NCBI GenBank assembly: GCA_963775685.1
Contig: CAVZJV010000014.1
Coordinates: forward strand, 544,001 to 608,000
DNA length: 64,000 nt
Reading direction: 5' to 3'
Source: Candidatus Bathyarchaeota archaeon
Lineage (GTDB): Archaea; Thermoproteota; Bathyarchaeia; Bathyarchaeales; Bathycorpusculaceae
Shown here: positions 30,636 through 40,839 of the stretch, piece by piece
Layout: every line of letters begins with the position of its first letter
Numbering within the stretch: the stretch's first letter is position 1
Position numbers and translations under genes: made by a program
Notes under the pieces: generated by a model
What the model was told of the DNA's origin: nothing
Seen by the model: the letters and a program-made list of their open reading frames with translations, nothing else
Database searches by the model: none

Positions 30636-31352
30636 TCAACTGTGCCAGGTTCCAGTTTCAGAAGTCGCACTATGTGTGTAAGTTATATGAGGGTCTTGTC
30701 CAGAGTTCAGGATTGTATCTAAGCTAGCATCGTGCCACATATTACCCCAATCTTGATACTGAATTAAAGATGTAGTTCCAGCTGTAGATGGCGAGGTAGA
30801 CGCGGTCATTCCCCCTACAATATCCTCAAATGTTGTGACATATCTGTCACCATACCAAACTACTCCGTAGTCATATGTACCTGAACCGATATTATACCAA
30901 TTGGTTCCGCCGTCCAAGGAATATCTAAACAACCAAACGGTACTGCTGTTACCATTTCTTCCAGTGCATATCTTTATTTGACTAGAATCAAGATTCGAAA
31001 TTGAAATTGTTGTTGTTAGATCCGGTAGCACCCACTGACCGTTTGCTTGTCTCGCACCCGTAAAGAACAATGTTGAGGTTGAATCAGTTTGATACCAAGT
31101 TAAGTTAACCTCGGCAGTATAATTGTTAGTGCCGCTCGCAACTGCTATAGCGTCCCACTTTTGCATAGAACTACCAGCTTGATGGTGAACTGCTGAAGTC
31201 TCCATTACAGACGAATAGACTCCAGATACTCTATTTTGAAGATGATACCAACCGTAACAGTATGGTGTAGCTGACGCTGAGGAAACCAGCACTGAGGCCA
31301 TGATTATACAAAAGGTTCCTATCAACATACTTTTTTTACTCATTTTTTTCAT
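30636..31352 (-). CDS. Secreted beta-rich protein (neprosin/G1 glutamic-peptidase-like, tentative)
   Basis: Signal peptide ASA; SGVYSSV, YTAEVNL, VTTFED. Confidence 0.7.
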   Translation of the reverse strand: MKKMSKKSMLIGTFCIIMASVLVSSASATPYCYGWYHLQNRVSGVYSSVMETSAVHHQAGSSMQKWDAIAVASGTNNYTAEVNLTWYQTDSTSTLFFTGARQANGQWVLPDLTTTISISNLDSSQIKICTGRNGNSSTVWLFRYSLDGGTNWYNIGSGTYDYGVVWYGDRYVTTFEDIVGGMTASTSPSTAGTTSLIQYQDWGNMWHDASLDTILNSGQDPHITYTHSATSETGTWHS

Positions 31353-31424
31353 TTTTTATTTTCCTCTTGCAAGTTATACTTGCAAGCTATGTCTTACTAA
31401 TCAAGTGATAGTTAATACCATGCA

Positions 31425-31453
31425 CTAGGACAAAGTGTACTGAATTTAGTACA
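31425..31453 (-). promoter_or_regulatory. Operator A: TGTACT-N6-AGTACA + TGTCCTAG
   Basis: Perfect palindrome 31436-31453 plus half site; CTTGCAAG x2 at 31366 and 31379. Confidence 0.75.
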
Positions 31454-31492
31454 GACCTCTTGATTTTTAAGACGGCAAAAAATATATGATAC

Positions 31493-31792
31493 TTAGTAAT
31501 TAGCGCACGTTGAGTAAAATGGAATAGTTCTTATCTGTTTTGAGCAAGATTTTTTGATCTTTATCCAATTTATCAGAAAAACTGTTGCAACAATAATGAT
31601 TGCTAAAACAGCGGCTAAGCCTATCCAAAAAATTGCTACTATTATCTGGTTTAGCATTGAAGGTAATGGCATTGGGAGAGGCGTTTGGCTTGACTTGTTA
31701 GGGAAAAGAAGGTAACTTATTTCTAGTAGCAGAAGACTCAATAGTAAAGCGGCAATGGCTGCGAGCAGCATTTTAGTTTTTTGTCCAAACAC
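31493..31792 (-). CDS. Small 2-TM membrane protein
   Basis: Two hydrophobic helices with a Pro-rich loop. Confidence 0.65.
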   Translation of the reverse strand: MFGQKTKMLLAAIAALLLSLLLLEISYLLFPNKSSQTPLPMPLPSMLNQIIVAIFWIGLAAVLAIIIVATVFLINWIKIKKSCSKQIRTIPFYSTCANY

Positions 31793-31858
31793 GATGTTTC
31801 CGAGCTATAGGATTTTTTGTCATTTATGAAAGTATAAGGATGTTATTTAACATTATAT

Positions 31859-31876
31859 TGTACTAATTTCCGTACA
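31859..31876. promoter_or_regulatory. Operator B: TGTACT-N6-CGTACA
   Basis: Between the divergent 2-TM gene and the HTH regulator. Confidence 0.65.
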
Positions 31877-32032
31877 GTTCTTTCATTATCCCTTAAGCAC
31901 TAAGAATAGTGGAGAGAATAAGAGCACTTAAATGTTAATATACCCTATTCCTTAGGGTAGTGGTGAAGACGGTTAACCGAAAAAGAACCATCTGATATCC
32001 TAAAAGGCACCGCTCTTGATATTTATCGCCTA

Positions 32033-32395
32033 ATGTTAAAAACCAGTAAACCCCTTGGCATAAGAGAATTACAGCGAGCACTAAGTCTTAGTAGTCCCTC
32101 GGTGGCTCAGCATCATCTTTCTAGACTGGAAAGGGTAGGGCTTGTAAAACATGAAATGGGTGGTTATGTAATCAATAAAGTAATGTTGCAAAATTGCATA
32201 AAAATTAGTCGCTTCATAATTCCCCGATACTTCTTTTACTGTTTATTGTCTGTTTTTGCTCTCGTATTTGAGCTTACTTTTCTTCAGCCCAACGTTCTTT
32301 ATCAAGAATATTTCTTTTCAGTAATTCTAACTGCTGTTTTTCTTTTAATCTTTTGTTATGAGACCATTAAAATATGGGTCAAGGGTGGCCTATAA
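32033..32395 (+). CDS. Membrane-anchored winged-HTH regulator
   Basis: PLGIRELQRALSLSSPSVAQHHLSRLERVGLV + two TM; frame open ~20 codons upstream (DILKGTALDIYRL). Confidence 0.85.
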   Translation: MLKTSKPLGIRELQRALSLSSPSVAQHHLSRLERVGLVKHEMGGYVINKVMLQNCIKISRFIIPRYFFYCLLSVFALVFELTFLQPNVLYQEYFFSVILTAVFLLIFCYETIKIWVKGGL

Positions 32396-32447
32396 AAACA
32401 AACCAATCACATCTGATCTTTTTTCCTTATCTAACTTGTAAGCAATC

Positions 32448-32477
32448 TGTCCTATGTTATGGTACACGTTGTCCTAG
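32448..32477 (+). promoter_or_regulatory. Operator C: TGTCCT-N7-GGTACA + TGTCCTAG
   Basis: Same layout as operator A; CTTGCAAG x2 at 32515 and 32530. Confidence 0.75.
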
Positions 32478-32547
32478 AACGTAGAAATAATTACTCTTGT
32501 ATTGTAAGAAGTTACTTGCAAGGATTTAACTTGCAAGAGGTGAAAAA

Positions 32548-33372
32548 ATGAAAAAAGTGATGTTGATTGCGGTGGTACTTCTTGTGGCTACATTTATCCT
32601 TCCGTCACTCGCTTCTGCAACAATGGCAAGTCCCTCTCCAAGCATAACTGTAAGTCACAGACCTCCTCCGGGCCATGTCTTAAGTCCAGACTTAGTTGAT
32701 CCAAATGCCACTCAAAGCCCGCAACCTGATTTAGGACAACCCAATTATAACGATTGGGCATTCTATGGGTTGACTCCTGGATTAGGGGGTTACAATGGCG
32801 TTTACACACATTTATACCCTCAAGCTGTGCATTTTGACCACGATTGGTGGACTGACACTCAAGAGTATTGGGCAGATGTCGTTGTTTCATGGGAAGGCCA
32901 TAAATACGCAGAGATCGGTCTTGATATCACATATGGATATGTATGGGAGATCCAGATGTGGCATACTCAAGTGTATGCTGGTTACTCTGAAGACCCCAAT
33001 GGATACGGTACAGTGTTTGCCTATTACGACCTTGGCTATAGTCTAACTGGGCCTTCAGATGCTACATTAGCGACATACCAGACAAGCGGTTCAACATGGA
33101 CATGGTATGCTAACGGTGTTCAGTTTGCGACACATCAATATTCTCAATCCTGGCAGGGCTATTCTATTCACTCTAATACAGAAGCATACAACCAACCAGT
33201 CGCAGGAACTAGTGGTCAATATATCACGTTAGCGGATACCATAAATATAAAACTCGCCAGCAATGGACAGTGGAATACTGGTCTCTATCAATCAGGAGGC
33301 GTTTCTTCAGGTTGGATGGTGAATACATATGCAACCAATGGATATCATTACGACTGGTCAACAAGATCATAG
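32548..33372 (+). CDS. Secreted beta-rich protein with Pro-rich propeptide (neprosin-like, tentative)
   Basis: Signal peptide ASA; YNGVYT, YAEIGL, WTWYANG, SNTEAY. Confidence 0.75.
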   Translation: MKKVMLIAVVLLVATFILPSLASATMASPSPSITVSHRPPPGHVLSPDLVDPNATQSPQPDLGQPNYNDWAFYGLTPGLGGYNGVYTHLYPQAVHFDHDWWTDTQEYWADVVVSWEGHKYAEIGLDITYGYVWEIQMWHTQVYAGYSEDPNGYGTVFAYYDLGYSLTGPSDATLATYQTSGSTWTWYANGVQFATHQYSQSWQGYSIHSNTEAYNQPVAGTSGQYITLADTINIKLASNGQWNTGLYQSGGVSSGWMVNTYATNGYHYDWSTRS

Positions 33373-33417
33373 GAGTCTCTCTAATTTTATTTTTTCTTTT
33401 TTTGTCCCCGTGAGAAA

Positions 33418-33720
33418 TCAGTTTTCGCCGCTATTTTTGAGCGCTAAAACCATAAAAACGAAGTTAACTGCTAGAGCAACCCAAAATAGGATAAAGGGAT
33501 AATTTGGTATCGGCGTATAAGTTCCGATTGTAACTACTTCACCTTCTACGATGGTTTTTGGAACAATGGCTATTTGAAAAGGTCCCCAACTATTGGCGGT
33601 AATTTTACCGTCGAGATAATTCCAAATCCACCAGTTTGAAGCAACAAAAAGAATACCGACGATGGTATCAAAAATGCCCAATAAAGCTATCTTGTTAAAT
33701 ATGCGCATTTTTTCAGTCAC
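33418..33720 (-). CDS. Small 2-TM protein, paralog of 34834-35154
   Basis: NWWIWN..SWGPFQI..NYPFILFWVALAVN. Confidence 0.8.
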   Translation of the reverse strand: MTEKMRIFNKIALLGIFDTIVGILFVASNWWIWNYLDGKITANSWGPFQIAIVPKTIVEGEVVTIGTYTPIPNYPFILFWVALAVNFVFMVLALKNSGEN

Positions 33721-33785
33721 TCAATTTTCTGGATAGCATGATTTTTCGTTGTTTATAACACGAAGCGGTTATTTGACTCTTGTCA

Positions 33786-33815
33786 TGTCCTATAGTGTAG
33801 TACAGGCTGTCCTAG
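33786..33815 (+). promoter_or_regulatory. Operator D: TGTCCT-N7-AGTACA + TGTCCTAG
   Basis: Same layout as operators A and C. Confidence 0.75.
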
Positions 33816-33869
33816 TGTGTAGTAATTAATAGTTTATCTTTGCATCTTTAGCGTTGGAGAGATGATGAA

Positions 33870-34589
33870 ATGATTAAGAATAAAAGAGCTTTTTGTTTAA
33901 CCGCTATTTTTTTTGTTATTTCTATGCTTTCTTCAATGGTTCTTACAGTGGCAGCGCAGATAGATGATCAGACTTCTGGCATTGGTTCTTGGCAGCCTTC
34001 GAAAAACTTTGTTGACCCTGTAACTTTGAAGATTCAAGAATTTAGGGAACAAGGACTAAGCGATGACCAAATAACTGTTGAGCTTGAAAAGCTGGACATG
34101 GGTTGGTATCCAAAGACGGGTGCCACCTGGATTGGAAAAGCATTAACTTCTGAAGAACAAGCTAAAATGCCAATCAGTATACCGGCACCTTCGAATGAAA
34201 ATGAAGTTATCAACCGAGGGAACGCTTGGGATGTATCTAACTTGGTTGGGAAAAACAATGATGACTATGCGCACATTTATGGCGGTAATTATGGCGATGC
34301 TGGCTATATCATGGCAAACATGAATCACATATCAACAGGCGAAGTAGTTGCGTATGGCTATGGCAACTCTGGCTATTACTACAGCGACCTATATTGCTAT
34401 GTAAATTACGGCGGTGGCACATGGTATGCACTTCCGAATAATCCGGTGCAAGTCAACTACTGGGATGGGATACATTATATCGACTTTGGAAATGCACCAA
34501 TAGCCTTCGATCACATTGCGATTGTAGGATACAATGATAATGGCTACAGTGTAAGCCTAAACTTAGATGCAGTTCACGCGGTCTATTAA
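33870..34589 (+). CDS. Secreted protein (helical pro-region + Tyr/Gly-rich beta-sandwich)
   Basis: Signal peptide; ends LNLDAVHAVY. Confidence 0.8.
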   Translation: MIKNKRAFCLTAIFFVISMLSSMVLTVAAQIDDQTSGIGSWQPSKNFVDPVTLKIQEFREQGLSDDQITVELEKLDMGWYPKTGATWIGKALTSEEQAKMPISIPAPSNENEVINRGNAWDVSNLVGKNNDDYAHIYGGNYGDAGYIMANMNHISTGEVVAYGYGNSGYYYSDLYCYVNYGGGTWYALPNNPVQVNYWDGIHYIDFGNAPIAFDHIAIVGYNDNGYSVSLNLDAVHAVY

Positions 34590-34833
34590 TCACTATAACA
34601 AACAAATTTCCATTTTTTTGAAAGTAAAGTCATTTATCAATACTAAGCTATCAAAGAATAGTAATTAAGTAAATATCAAACGTTCATGAATTTTTATCGT
34701 GCAAAATTTTCAATATACTTAAATTCGTTCTAAAAATTATACAGAAAAACACTGAGTGTACCAAAGAATAGTATTATTAAGACAAAAAAAGTAACTACTT
34801 AGTATTGCTTAAGTTCTGGAGAAAAATAATAAT

Positions 34834-35154
34834 ATGCAAAAAATTGTTAAGTATACGATTATTATAAATATCGCTTTAAGTTTACTATTTGCATACTTTA
34901 ATTATGTAATCTGGAACTTATTTAATGGAAACAACATTGCGCATTCCAGCATAATTACGAGCGGTTGGAATCCATTTTTCATCAGCGTTATGTTTCATAG
35001 TTATTCTAACGGTAACTTTGATACCATGCAGACTGTCTTCTCTTACATTAATACGCCCTTTCTGCTATTTTGGATTTTAATGGCTGTAAACATGGCGGTC
35101 ATTCTAAAGCTTCAAAGTGTAAATAAAACTGAAAAGACGGGTAAGGCAATTTAA
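34834..35154 (+). CDS. Small 2-TM protein, paralog of 33418-33720
   Basis: NYVIWN..GWNPFFI..NTPFLLFWILMAVN. Confidence 0.8.
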   Translation: MQKIVKYTIIINIALSLLFAYFNYVIWNLFNGNNIAHSSIITSGWNPFFISVMFHSYSNGNFDTMQTVFSYINTPFLLFWILMAVNMAVILKLQSVNKTEKTGKAI

Positions 35155-35503
35155 TCCAATCATTTAACAGCCCAAGTTTTAGGTGTAAAAATTATAGAAA
35201 AAGCAGCAGCAAAACAGAATAAAAATGTGGATGCAAACACCAAGAAAGAAGCGATCGCAATAGGCTAAACAGCGCATCCAAGACAGAGAGGTTGAAGTTG
35301 ATGAGGAGAACACTTGCCAAGTTGAAGACAAAGACGGTGTTAAAAGAAATCGAAGAATATGAAAGAAAAATTGATGAAGAAGAGGCCAAAGCAGCCGCTA
35401 AGTCAAAAAAATAATTGGCTAAAAAAGGAAAAAAATTTGGCTTAGCGCAATTTTATTATAAAAAACAGCCCAAATTTCCCCAAAAAAGAAGAGAAATAAA
35501 TGC

Positions 35504-35713
35504 TTACTGTTTGTTGACTTTGTTTTTCCAGTAAAGCAGTATCGCGCCTGTCAAAGTCGTAGATAACGCAACAATCGGAGCCTTAATCTCCAGCGGAATC
35601 GGCAAAGAAGCAACAAACGTAGTCGCGGCGCCTGCAACTGTGCCAGCCAAAACGATCAGGGCTTCCTTATTCTCAGATACCTCTATCTCATCAACCAAAC
35701 AACTCACCTCCAA
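35504..35713 (-). CDS. Small 2-TM viral membrane protein (holin-like), copy 2
   Basis: Near-identical to 12827-13036; at the end of the late region. Confidence 0.7.
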   Translation of the reverse strand: MEVSCLVDEIEVSENKEALIVLAGTVAGAATTFVASLPIPLEIKAPIVALSTTLTGAILLYWKNKVNKQ

Positions 35714-35859
35714 GAAGCATAAACAGGAAAAAATCGTTCAAACAAAAATCAGTAATCAATGATGAAAAGAGCAGCAGCAAAGCTTGCCAATAAAAAAGAG
35801 TCTACCGATTAACAGCAGCTAAAAGAATAAAGTAGCTATTGTCAACTTGATGTAAGAAA

Positions 35860-37041
35860 TTAGGGTTTAATTTGCTTCAAGAAATCTCCAACTATACGGT
35901 CTAAGGTTTCTTTGGGTACTTCAAAGAATTGAAACATTATGAAAAGGGGTTTTGTAAGCTTATCAACAATATCAGTGATGTTTGTTTCCAATTCACGAAT
36001 TGTTGTAATGACAGAAATTTCAACTTCTGGTTCCTGGCACGCATTATTTTTGAAGGATGCCATCGCCGTTATAACCTCCCAATCTAAAGAATCTGATGGC
36101 GACTTAAGCAACTGGTAACCTTTTAACCCCCCGTATTTGGTGCTTACTGCAATCGGGTCGTCCTGTGATACACCTAGTCCTTTGTATAAGCGAGTGAAGT
36201 AGAGTAATAGCTCTGTCGTTTGCTTTATTCTCATATCATACATAACAACGGGCTTAGCAGTTTCATTTTCCCAAAGTTTCCTTAATAGATAAAAAGTCCC
36301 ATCTTTGTTAAGCGCCCAGAAGTCATAGTATTGTCTCCAAGCTATCTTTGACTTTATTCCTTCAGCGGTTGGTACAACAATATCTTGTTTCACAAACGCA
36401 ATTGGCCAACCTAAATGAGGTGATTGGATACTGTCGGCTAATGAAATCAAAGCTTTTTGGCTAACCATAGTCTTAGAATCAACTATGGCAGCCTTAACTT
36501 CCATGAAGGAAACCTGACCGTTTTCTTGAAACCCTGAAAACGCTTCATTTTTAATTTTGCCAATCCATTCTTCGTTAAATGCAGAAGCAGGCGTACTTTT
36601 TAGATCGGAGACTATTTTTAGCCGACGCCTTATTCTCTTTTCGAGCTCTGTCCGGAAATCATCGAGCTTGTCTGGTTGCCACCATAGAATGTCATATCCA
36701 GCAAGGTCAAAATGAACCTTAGGACCTCCGGTTTTATGATTAGGGCTATCAGGATTATGGTCCTCTCGAGCGGATAGTATTAGGTTCGAATACTTATCCT
36801 GTCCCATAGCATAACCCACTTCAAGATAGCAATTTGGTCGCTCGTTAGTGAGGTCAGCGATAATCAAATCTGAATCCCTGAGAAAAGAGATAATTTCACT
36901 TTTTAACAAGCCACCTTCATTATGTTTATCCACTCGCTTAGCTTCAAGATGATTAGCTGTGACAGCAGGAACGATTATGTCTTTGTAGACTGAATCTAAT
37001 TGGGGGTTTCCTATTTGCATAATTATGAAGGCTTGTCTCAT
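35860..37041 (-). CDS. Nucleoside 2-deoxyribosyltransferase/TIR-like domain protein, putative defence factor
   Basis: AFIIMQ..RVD..IIADLTNERPNCYLEVGYAMG..FDL. Confidence 0.75.
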   Translation of the reverse strand: MRQAFIIMQIGNPQLDSVYKDIIVPAVTANHLEAKRVDKHNEGGLLKSEIISFLRDSDLIIADLTNERPNCYLEVGYAMGQDKYSNLILSAREDHNPDSPNHKTGGPKVHFDLAGYDILWWQPDKLDDFRTELEKRIRRRLKIVSDLKSTPASAFNEEWIGKIKNEAFSGFQENGQVSFMEVKAAIVDSKTMVSQKALISLADSIQSPHLGWPIAFVKQDIVVPTAEGIKSKIAWRQYYDFWALNKDGTFYLLRKLWENETAKPVVMYDMRIKQTTELLLYFTRLYKGLGVSQDDPIAVSTKYGGLKGYQLLKSPSDSLDWEVITAMASFKNNACQEPEVEISVITTIRELETNITDIVDKLTKPLFIMFQFFEVPKETLDRIVGDFLKQIKP

Positions 37042-37542
37042 TGAACCACAGAGATCTATTCTCCAAGATGCGCTAATAAAACTTAACAAACTAAATTGAG
37101 GAAATAAAAAGATTGGTGCTTCAGAATGCGAATATAATGTTTATGGCAAATGTTCCGACCAATGGGTTTCCTGCTATAAAGGCTCGCCTGAGCTGAGAAT
37201 CTCATGAGCAATTATCATAAGCACACGTGCGCAACTCTTTTTGTTCTTTAAGGAAAGAACCGAAAACAAGCATTCTCTATTGTGACAAAAATTAAATATT
37301 TGAGAATCAATCAAACAGAAGAATAAAGGAAGAATATGTTTGAAACCAATAAATTTGAATGACATCGAGAAGATCTCGCCTGAAAGGCGCCTTATCGCAA
37401 AGATTTCAAACGACATATCGAAAATGCGATAACAGAGATAGGGGCTAATTACGAAGTGACGCTTCAGGGAAGATTTGACAAGACTCCTATAGAGCTCGAA
37501 ATAAGAGTAACTGCTTCAAAGGGAGAAATACCTTAAGGCTGA

Positions 37543-39930
37543 CTATGTTTTAGAACTATTCAATTTCTCAAATTCTCTTTCCAAAGCCTCTACCTTTGCG
37601 TTTAACTGTTTAATCGCGCCAAGAGCTAACCCCATCAGATGACCCGCGTGCAGCATTCCCTCTTCTGAGCGGACCTCTTCAGGCAGAGAATTAACGTCAA
37701 TCAATGGTACACCATTTTTGTCGGTCTTTTCACTGCGTTTTATTTTCTTGATGGCAGCTAGGTCATCTATCATATCCATATGTCCCAGGGCATTGTACCA
37801 GACGCTATCGCCTGCAATGACATGCCAATAAGTCGATGTGTCCCCACATGACCCGGTATTGTTGCCTCCTGCAGGGTACATGTTGGCGTGATTGTGGGCG
37901 GCGGGTGCATATCTGCCGTTGGGGTCTACATACATAGGATAGTTGCCTGCTCCCTGAGCTTCGAGCACCAAACCAGAGGTATCTCGTGGCATCGACCACA
38001 TGTTAATTCTGCCCGTGTTGGCGATAACTTCCCAGCCGGCCACAAAGAGATTATTCTTCAAGTAAGCTGAGCCAAAGCGGAAGGTGCCATTGCCAAGGTC
38101 GTCGCTGCCGTCGCTGTTGGGGCGGATTAAGTGATTTATGGCTGATTCCAAAATAAGATCGCCTGCCATGGCTGCCAAAAAAGTGTTCGCTCCATCATGC
38201 CCAAACGCAGCCTTATGAACACTCGAAATAAACAAGTTAAAGGCTGGGGAGGTTTTATCGACTTCAACGTTTGTTGTAAACCGAGAGGCACCTAAAACAC
38301 TGCCGCCGGTTGCGATTGGAGCGCCTCTTTTGCCAAGCTTTGTTCTGCTGAGCTTCTCAACATTAGGCGTATGGGTACGCAGACCATAAAGGTAATCGGC
38401 TAGGTGCGGCGGTTCCTTGCCAAGCTCCAAAGTTATCTCCAGCTTTGTTGGGTCCTCTTTTGGCACCCGATACTCAACGCTTTCAGCTCTAAAATCACTG
38501 TTAACGCCCTCCGTTGGGAGCTCTGCGTGTACTTTATCGCCTGCCTTAATCGGCGACGCCCCATAATCTAAGACCGTGCTAACTATGTGCAAGTGTTCGG
38601 CTGGGTCTTTAAGATACGCCAAAAGCGCAGACGCCCGCCTGACACATTCGCTATCGCTCCAAAGCTCCTCATCAACCTCAACATATTCCCGCAAACCATA
38701 CGCAGTCTGGCTTGGTGTGCTTTCGACAACGCCAGAGTAACGGCGCCCCCCAGCATAGAGTGCATAAACCCAAAAGTTACCGCTACCAACACCTGAAAAG
38801 CCAAGTGAAACCCTAATTTTCTGGACGGCAACCCAATTAAAACCTAAGTCAACCCGCTCCCATTGATTAGCATAGGCTGACCCAGCGCCAGTTTCAAAAA
38901 CGTGGAAAGCTGCGTCCGGAGAAATAGAAATGGTTTTGGAGGCGAATTTGCCTGCAGTATCCATTAGCAGAATGAAGCCTGTTCCTGCAAAAGTGTCCTG
39001 AATTTTTAGCTGCAAATCCAAAACTGGATAGGCATCAAAGTTAACTTCATGACCTGCAGCGAGGTCAAAGTCAACCACACCTGCGTAGTTACTGGTAACA
39101 GAGAGTTTTATGCAGGACCCGCCAGTGGGATTCCCTGTTGCGTCAAGACTTACTGTGCCTATTGAGCCGCTCCAAGAGCCATCCGAAGGCGTTAGGCTAT
39201 TTGTCCAGTCAACTTTGTTTGAAGGATAGCTTTTGTCGGCTAAGCCGTAGACGACAACTTTGTTTCTTACGCGAGTGATGTCTTTTTCGTACTCTGCAGT
39301 AGTATCGATGTTTTCGGTGATTACGGTTGAGTTTGTTTTGGAGAGTTTGGGAAAGAACTCGAATTTGCCATCAGGCGCCACCCGAAAATCGTATCCTATT
39401 ACGCCTGCTTTGTCGGCTGATTCGGCAACGTACTTGAGGATGTCCCAGAGAGGTGAATCCTCGGGTTTGAGCTCTGTATAGGTCGTGTCTGTGTTTTCGA
39501 CGAGTTCAACGCCGCTTCTATTGTGGCTAAGACCCGCATAATAATCCATAAGGTCCTTAACAATTTCTTCGCCCTTCATGCCCGAATAGGTTGCCGTGAC
39601 AACTCGGCGGAACAGTCGCTCACCCCAGCAGCGCCCAGAAACAGTCAAGTAGCTTTCGATAGGCGAGCTTTGGTAGTGGACTTTTTCAACCCGCAACGTC
39701 ATAAGCAACGGACAGTTGGGCGTCCGCCCTAAGCTAATTGAGCCATCCATCCCCACGGTTATGGGGTAGGCGCCGTTTGGGCTGTACTTGCCATTATGAT
39801 TGTGCAATGTGATGTCGTAGCTGCTGACTTCTTTGCTACAGCCTAAATGCACCAGAAGCTCAACGATATCAGCTTGCGCAGGGGCTATGGCGCCAAAAAC
39901 TAAGGCGATACTTGGGGCAGCGGTGGACAT
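37543..39930 (-). CDS. Tail tip protein: hub-like N-terminus, inserted beta-sandwich, fibre and C-terminal chaperone-like domain
   Basis: Follows the TMP; YDFRVAPDG, VRNKVVVYG, S..AYGLRE, IKAGDKV, ITLELG; LALGAIKQLNAKVEALE. Confidence 0.8.
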   Translation of the reverse strand: MSTAAPSIALVFGAIAPAQADIVELLVHLGCSKEVSSYDITLHNHNGKYSPNGAYPITVGMDGSISLGRTPNCPLLMTLRVEKVHYQSSPIESYLTVSGRCWGERLFRRVVTATYSGMKGEEIVKDLMDYYAGLSHNRSGVELVENTDTTYTELKPEDSPLWDILKYVAESADKAGVIGYDFRVAPDGKFEFFPKLSKTNSTVITENIDTTAEYEKDITRVRNKVVVYGLADKSYPSNKVDWTNSLTPSDGSWSGSIGTVSLDATGNPTGGSCIKLSVTSNYAGVVDFDLAAGHEVNFDAYPVLDLQLKIQDTFAGTGFILLMDTAGKFASKTISISPDAAFHVFETGAGSAYANQWERVDLGFNWVAVQKIRVSLGFSGVGSGNFWVYALYAGGRRYSGVVESTPSQTAYGLREYVEVDEELWSDSECVRRASALLAYLKDPAEHLHIVSTVLDYGASPIKAGDKVHAELPTEGVNSDFRAESVEYRVPKEDPTKLEITLELGKEPPHLADYLYGLRTHTPNVEKLSRTKLGKRGAPIATGGSVLGASRFTTNVEVDKTSPAFNLFISSVHKAAFGHDGANTFLAAMAGDLILESAINHLIRPNSDGSDDLGNGTFRFGSAYLKNNLFVAGWEVIANTGRINMWSMPRDTSGLVLEAQGAGNYPMYVDPNGRYAPAAHNHANMYPAGGNNTGSCGDTSTYWHVIAGDSVWYNALGHMDMIDDLAAIKKIKRSEKTDKNGVPLIDVNSLPEEVRSEEGMLHAGHLMGLALGAIKQLNAKVEALEREFEKLNSSKT

Positions 39931-40474
39931 TTACTCAATCCCTCGCCTAGCAAGTTCTGCGTCTCCTGCACGAGTAATGCCCTTAACTCTGGTCGGCGTC
40001 TCGGCTGCCGATGCATTAAAGTTCTGCACGCTTGCCGTTGCCGTATTCATGCTGCTGGCGAAGGCATACATAGCTACTGCGGCAGCGGCAATCACAGCGA
40101 TACCCACACCAGTTAAGTGCCAAGAAGGTTGCGTAACTGATGTTTAGGGCGTTTTGAACTGCCGTTGCAAACGCGCATGCGGCGGCATAGACTTTTTGAG
40201 CTACAGCTAACCCAGTGCTTGTACGCAGAAACATGCCCATGACTGAGACAAGCATCATGGTGCCTGTGAAAACTTTGGTTTGCTCATCGTTTAAAATCCC
40301 AAATTGATTAGCCAGGTATCCGATGGCTGTGCCTGCGGCACCTATGCCCGCAAGAGCAGCTCCAAAACTCTTGATGCGTGCCGTCATAAGCTCGGCGTCT
40401 GTTTGAATACGATTAAACTCGCTGCTTGCTCGGTTGATTGCCCGAATAGACAGGGTTATTTCTCTAAAACTCAC
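39931..40474 (-). CDS. Very short tape-measure-like protein (~180 aa; one extra base at ~40113-40116)
   Basis: ITLSIRAINRAS N-terminus, Ala/Gly-rich; corrected frame ..LALTGVGIAVIAAAA..RRGIE* abuts the next ATG. Confidence 0.7.
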
Positions 40475-40839
40475 AATCCAGCCTCCGCTTTTGCCTGTTC
40501 AATTGCACCTACGATGTTAGTCTCTAACTCGGGAAGAAACGCCTGCACTGCAGGATACAGAAACGGATGAGCAGACATGTAACGGGTGCCGAACTCCACA
40601 AAGTAGCTATACGCTGCCGCTGCCCCAATTTCTACGACCCATTCATGTGCCATAGCGTAGATTTTGCTTTGAAGATAACCTGTGCGTACAGGAGCACTAC
40701 GTTTCGCCTCAGCAACTAATCGCTGCGCCCAATCGTAGAGCCAAGCGCGGACCTTCTCCTGCATAGCCTTATCTAGGCGCTGCATTGCCGCAACAAATTC
40801 GTCCACACCTTGAATGTCAAATGTTACTTCGACGGACAT
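40471..40839 (-). CDS. HK97 gp10-like tail completion protein
   Basis: AKRSAPVRTGYLQSKI..YSYFVEFGTRYMSAHPFLYPA. Confidence 0.9.
   Translation of the reverse strand: MSVEVTFDIQGVDEFVAAMQRLDKAMQEKVRAWLYDWAQRLVAEAKRSAPVRTGYLQSKIYAMAHEWVVEIGAAAAYSYFVEFGTRYMSAHPFLYPAVQAFLPELETNIVGAIEQAKAEAGL

Noticed and set aside
37543-39930. Diversity-generating retroelement targeting the tail tip
   Set aside because: No reverse transcriptase and no TR/VR repeat pair seen
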